Positions 61,770 through 64,000 of a DNA stretch of 64,000 nucleotides are shown in pieces (position 1 is the first letter of the stretch; each line of letters starts with the position of its first letter). Source of the DNA: Gemmatimonadaceae bacterium (GTDB lineage Bacteria; Gemmatimonadota; Gemmatimonadetes; Gemmatimonadales; Gemmatimonadaceae). The notes beneath the pieces were generated by a model. It was given only the letters and a program-made list of their open reading frames with translations, made no database searches and was not told where the DNA came from. The position numbers were made by a program, and so were the translations under genes. The DNA is taken from positions 49,683 through 113,682 of the forward strand of contig JBJMOW010000001.1 of assembly GCA_045803545.1 (NCBI GenBank), read 5' to 3'.

Positions 61770-63719
61770 CTACTTGTTGCTCGCGGAGTGGTTCGATGCG
61801 GTCTTCGCCAGAGGCTCCCTTGGTACTCCGATCTGGACCAGGTACTCACCAGTGACGTCGGTGCCATGGACCATACCCTTCAACGCCTGTTCGCCGGTTT
61901 TTGACCCGAGCTTCCAGGTCAGAGCCGCCCGTCCTTTCCCGTCGCTCACGGCCCGGGTCGGGGTGACAACGCCAGACTTCACCGAGAAGTTGACGCGCGC
62001 ATCAGGAACTGGGTTTCCGTAGACGTCCGTCACCAGCGCGAACAGCTTCTTCACTTTGCCTGCGTCACGCACCTTCCGATCAGCCGGGACATCGTCAAAC
62101 GCCAGGTTTGCGGCAGCCGCAGGCATCGCCTTGGCGGTCACTTTGAGCAGCTTCTTGATACCCTCTACATGCACACCCAGAGAGTAGTCTCCTGCCGAAT
62201 GGCCAAGCGTCCAAGTCGTTCGGGCAACCCCACTTGAGTCGGTAGTAAGCGCGGTATCGGCGAGCTCGCCTCCCGACACCGACAAGCTCAGTACTGCCTC
62301 ACTCACGCCGCTGCCGTTGAGGTCGGAAACTCGGAATACCAACGGCTTTGCGAGCTTTGCGCCGGCAGCTGCCTTCTGGTTGTCTCCGGACACGGCCGTC
62401 ACCGCGGTTGGGGCACCCGCCAACGCCGCAGCGCCGATCGTAACCGGCGGAATCCCCAGGCCGGGGCCGAGCCCGATCTGGGCACGCAAGCGCTGGGTGC
62501 CGGTCTTCTTCGCGAGGGTCCAGCGAACTGTTGCCACCCCCAGGGAATCCGTCCGCGTTGAGGCGTCGCTGATCATACCACCGTCCAGGGCCGCCCAACG
62601 AACAGGCACGTCCGGCAGCACGCGGCCGACGGAATCGGTAACCCGAATTGCGACGGAATCCGGCAACTGCTCGCCCGCGTGAGCGCTCAGCTTGTCCACG
62701 AGCGGCGCTACTCGGGTGTTGCTCGCGATTGGATCTGCCTCCGCGACAATCGGTAGCGCGCTATCCACATTTTCCACCGACGCGAACAGAGTCTGACGCC
62801 CTGGATCATTGCCGAGAGTCCACGCCGCACGGGCCCTGCCGTCTGCGTCGGTTGTCGCGATAGCTGGATCGACCGACCCTGCGCCTTCGACCTTGAACGT
62901 GACACGCTTGCCCGATGCCGGTCCGCCGCGACGATTGGTCGCCCTCACGACGACCGCCTGCGGAAGCTGGCGACCGGCAAGTGTCCGCTGATTTGTCCCC
63001 GCCACCAGCGCGATAGCTGACGCCGGCGTCACCACTGACACGCCAGCTTTGCCGAGAACGCCTTCCACTTTCGCGACAATTGTTGACCGGCCCGCCGACT
63101 TTCCAGTCAATAGTCCGGCGCTGTCGAGCGAAGCAATCGAGTTATCCTCGATATGCCAGGTGGCTTCGAGTCCATTGATTGGATGGCCACGCGCATCGAG
63201 GGCGCGAGCCCTCAGCTGCAAGTCGGTCCCCTCGGATAGTACGATCAGGCTGTCGCTCGACGCACGTCCAACTTCCACGCTGGCAACACTTTGGCGCACG
63301 ATGACCGTCGAGTGAGTCACCAGGCTCCCGACCACTACGCTCACCATCGTGCGGCCCGGGCCCCGTGCGATCACCGAGCCGTCCGGAAGCACCACTGCGA
63401 TACTCGAGTCCCCGGTCGTCCATGTCGGACGCGCGCCGACGAGTATGCTGCCGTTTTTGTCGGTGACTGTGGCCGCGTAATGAACTGTGTCGCCCAAGGC
63501 GGTCGCCGTATCGATTGCCGGGCGGAGTCCAACCCATGCCGCGCCGAGATTGCCGATGGACTGATGGGACTCGGACTGACCTATTACGCCGTAGGAAACC
63601 AGCGCCGTGACGATCGAAACGAGCGCCGCCCCCGATGATGCGGTGACAGCGATCAGCTTCGCAGTGTGTTTAAGCCACGCGGTGCGTGCTTTTGCGCCAG
63701 TAAGCGGGGTCTCGGCCAT
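61770..63719 (-). CDS. Membrane-anchored multi-Ig-like (Big_1/Big_2, invasin-type) domain protein
   Basis: N-terminal TM; repeated units TD-x-x-G-x-A...WTLG and VTDVYGNPV...VNFSV. Confidence 0.85.
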   Translation of the reverse strand: MAETPLTGAKARTAWLKHTAKLIAVTASSGAALVSIVTALVSYGVIGQSESHQSIGNLGAAWVGLRPAIDTATALGDTVHYAATVTDKNGSILVGARPTWTTGDSSIAVVLPDGSVIARGPGRTMVSVVVGSLVTHSTVIVRQSVASVEVGRASSDSLIVLSEGTDLQLRARALDARGHPINGLEATWHIEDNSIASLDSAGLLTGKSAGRSTIVAKVEGVLGKAGVSVVTPASAIALVAGTNQRTLAGRQLPQAVVVRATNRRGGPASGKRVTFKVEGAGSVDPAIATTDADGRARAAWTLGNDPGRQTLFASVENVDSALPIVAEADPIASNTRVAPLVDKLSAHAGEQLPDSVAIRVTDSVGRVLPDVPVRWAALDGGMISDASTRTDSLGVATVRWTLAKKTGTQRLRAQIGLGPGLGIPPVTIGAAALAGAPTAVTAVSGDNQKAAAGAKLAKPLVFRVSDLNGSGVSEAVLSLSVSGGELADTALTTDSSGVARTTWTLGHSAGDYSLGVHVEGIKKLLKVTAKAMPAAAANLAFDDVPADRKVRDAGKVKKLFALVTDVYGNPVPDARVNFSVKSGVVTPTRAVSDGKGRAALTWKLGSKTGEQALKGMVHGTDVTGEYLVQIGVPREPLAKTASNHSASNK

Positions 63720-63796
63720 CGTCTATGTAGACGTGAAACGGCTGAGCTAAGTCACGACTTTCCGGAGTTTTTTCTAAGGCGATGTGGCTGGTTGAA

Positions 63797-63857
63797 CGGA
63801 CGGGGTGGGATTCGAACCCACGGTACGCTTTTAACGTACACACACTTTCCAGGCGCG
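63797..63857 (-). pseudogene. 3' fragment of tRNA-Ser(GGA), probable att-site remnant
   Basis: Anticodon loop CTGGAAA, long variable arm GTACG-TTAAAAG-CGTAC, T arm GTGGG-TTCGAAT-CCCAC, acceptor 3' strand CCCGTCC-G. Upstream has no GGACGGG acceptor 5' strand and no D arm. Confidence 0.85.
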
Positions 63858-64000
63858 GTTAGCAAACGCTGCAAATGAGCATCGTCGCTCCATTTCAGCA
63901 GTTACGGAAACACTACTGCGCTCCCTGCGCTCCGAAACGCGCCCGAAAACCGCCCCCTCACGTATACAGATCGTATACAGCGTTCCATCTCGGACGCATG
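63858..64000. mobile_element. Probable end of an integrative element inserted at tRNA-Ser, extending beyond the window
   Basis: Abuts the truncated tRNA; direct repeats CGTATACAG (63961-63969, 63972-63980) and CTGCGCTCC (63916-63933). No integrase gene within the window. Confidence 0.6.

Noticed and set aside
63797..63890. Intact tRNA-Ser gene
   Set aside because: No D arm and no 5' acceptor strand complementary to CCCGTCC.

Overview
High-GC chromosomal window, densely coded and mostly on the minus strand. Gene content and order suggest a Gemmatimonadota-like bacterium (inference, no search run). Most of it is housekeeping: rimP-nusA-L7Ae-infB; murA-pgeF; serS-histidine kinase-pcrA-gatCAB; a roadblock/receiver/sugar-nucleotidyltransferase operon; hom-metX-metB; groES-groEL with a perfect CIRCE; a 14-gene coupled run (site-2 protease, scpA, scpB, rluB, MoxR/DUF58/BatA/BatB-C, mutL, miaA, bshA, uppP, birA, coaX); rpsT; pyrR-pyrB-pyrC. 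Accessory envelope and secreted genes lie at about 20-26 kb and 50.7-63.7 kb. Signals missing from the ORF track: a SAM-II riboswitch that appears wired to a terminator-type hairpin upstream of the met operon; a c-di-GMP-I (GEMM-I) riboswitch whose P1 overlaps the RBS of an M15 cell-wall peptidase; the rimP leader terminator; a 163-bp element with 58-bp inverted arms; a 28-aa membrane micropeptide; a probable CTG start; and a 3'-only tRNA-Ser(GGA) fragment with direct repeats, marking the edge of an integrated element that lies beyond the right end. No CRISPR array, transposase or integrase gene was seen. I found no unambiguous new multi-gene system; the best candidates are ranked in the findings.
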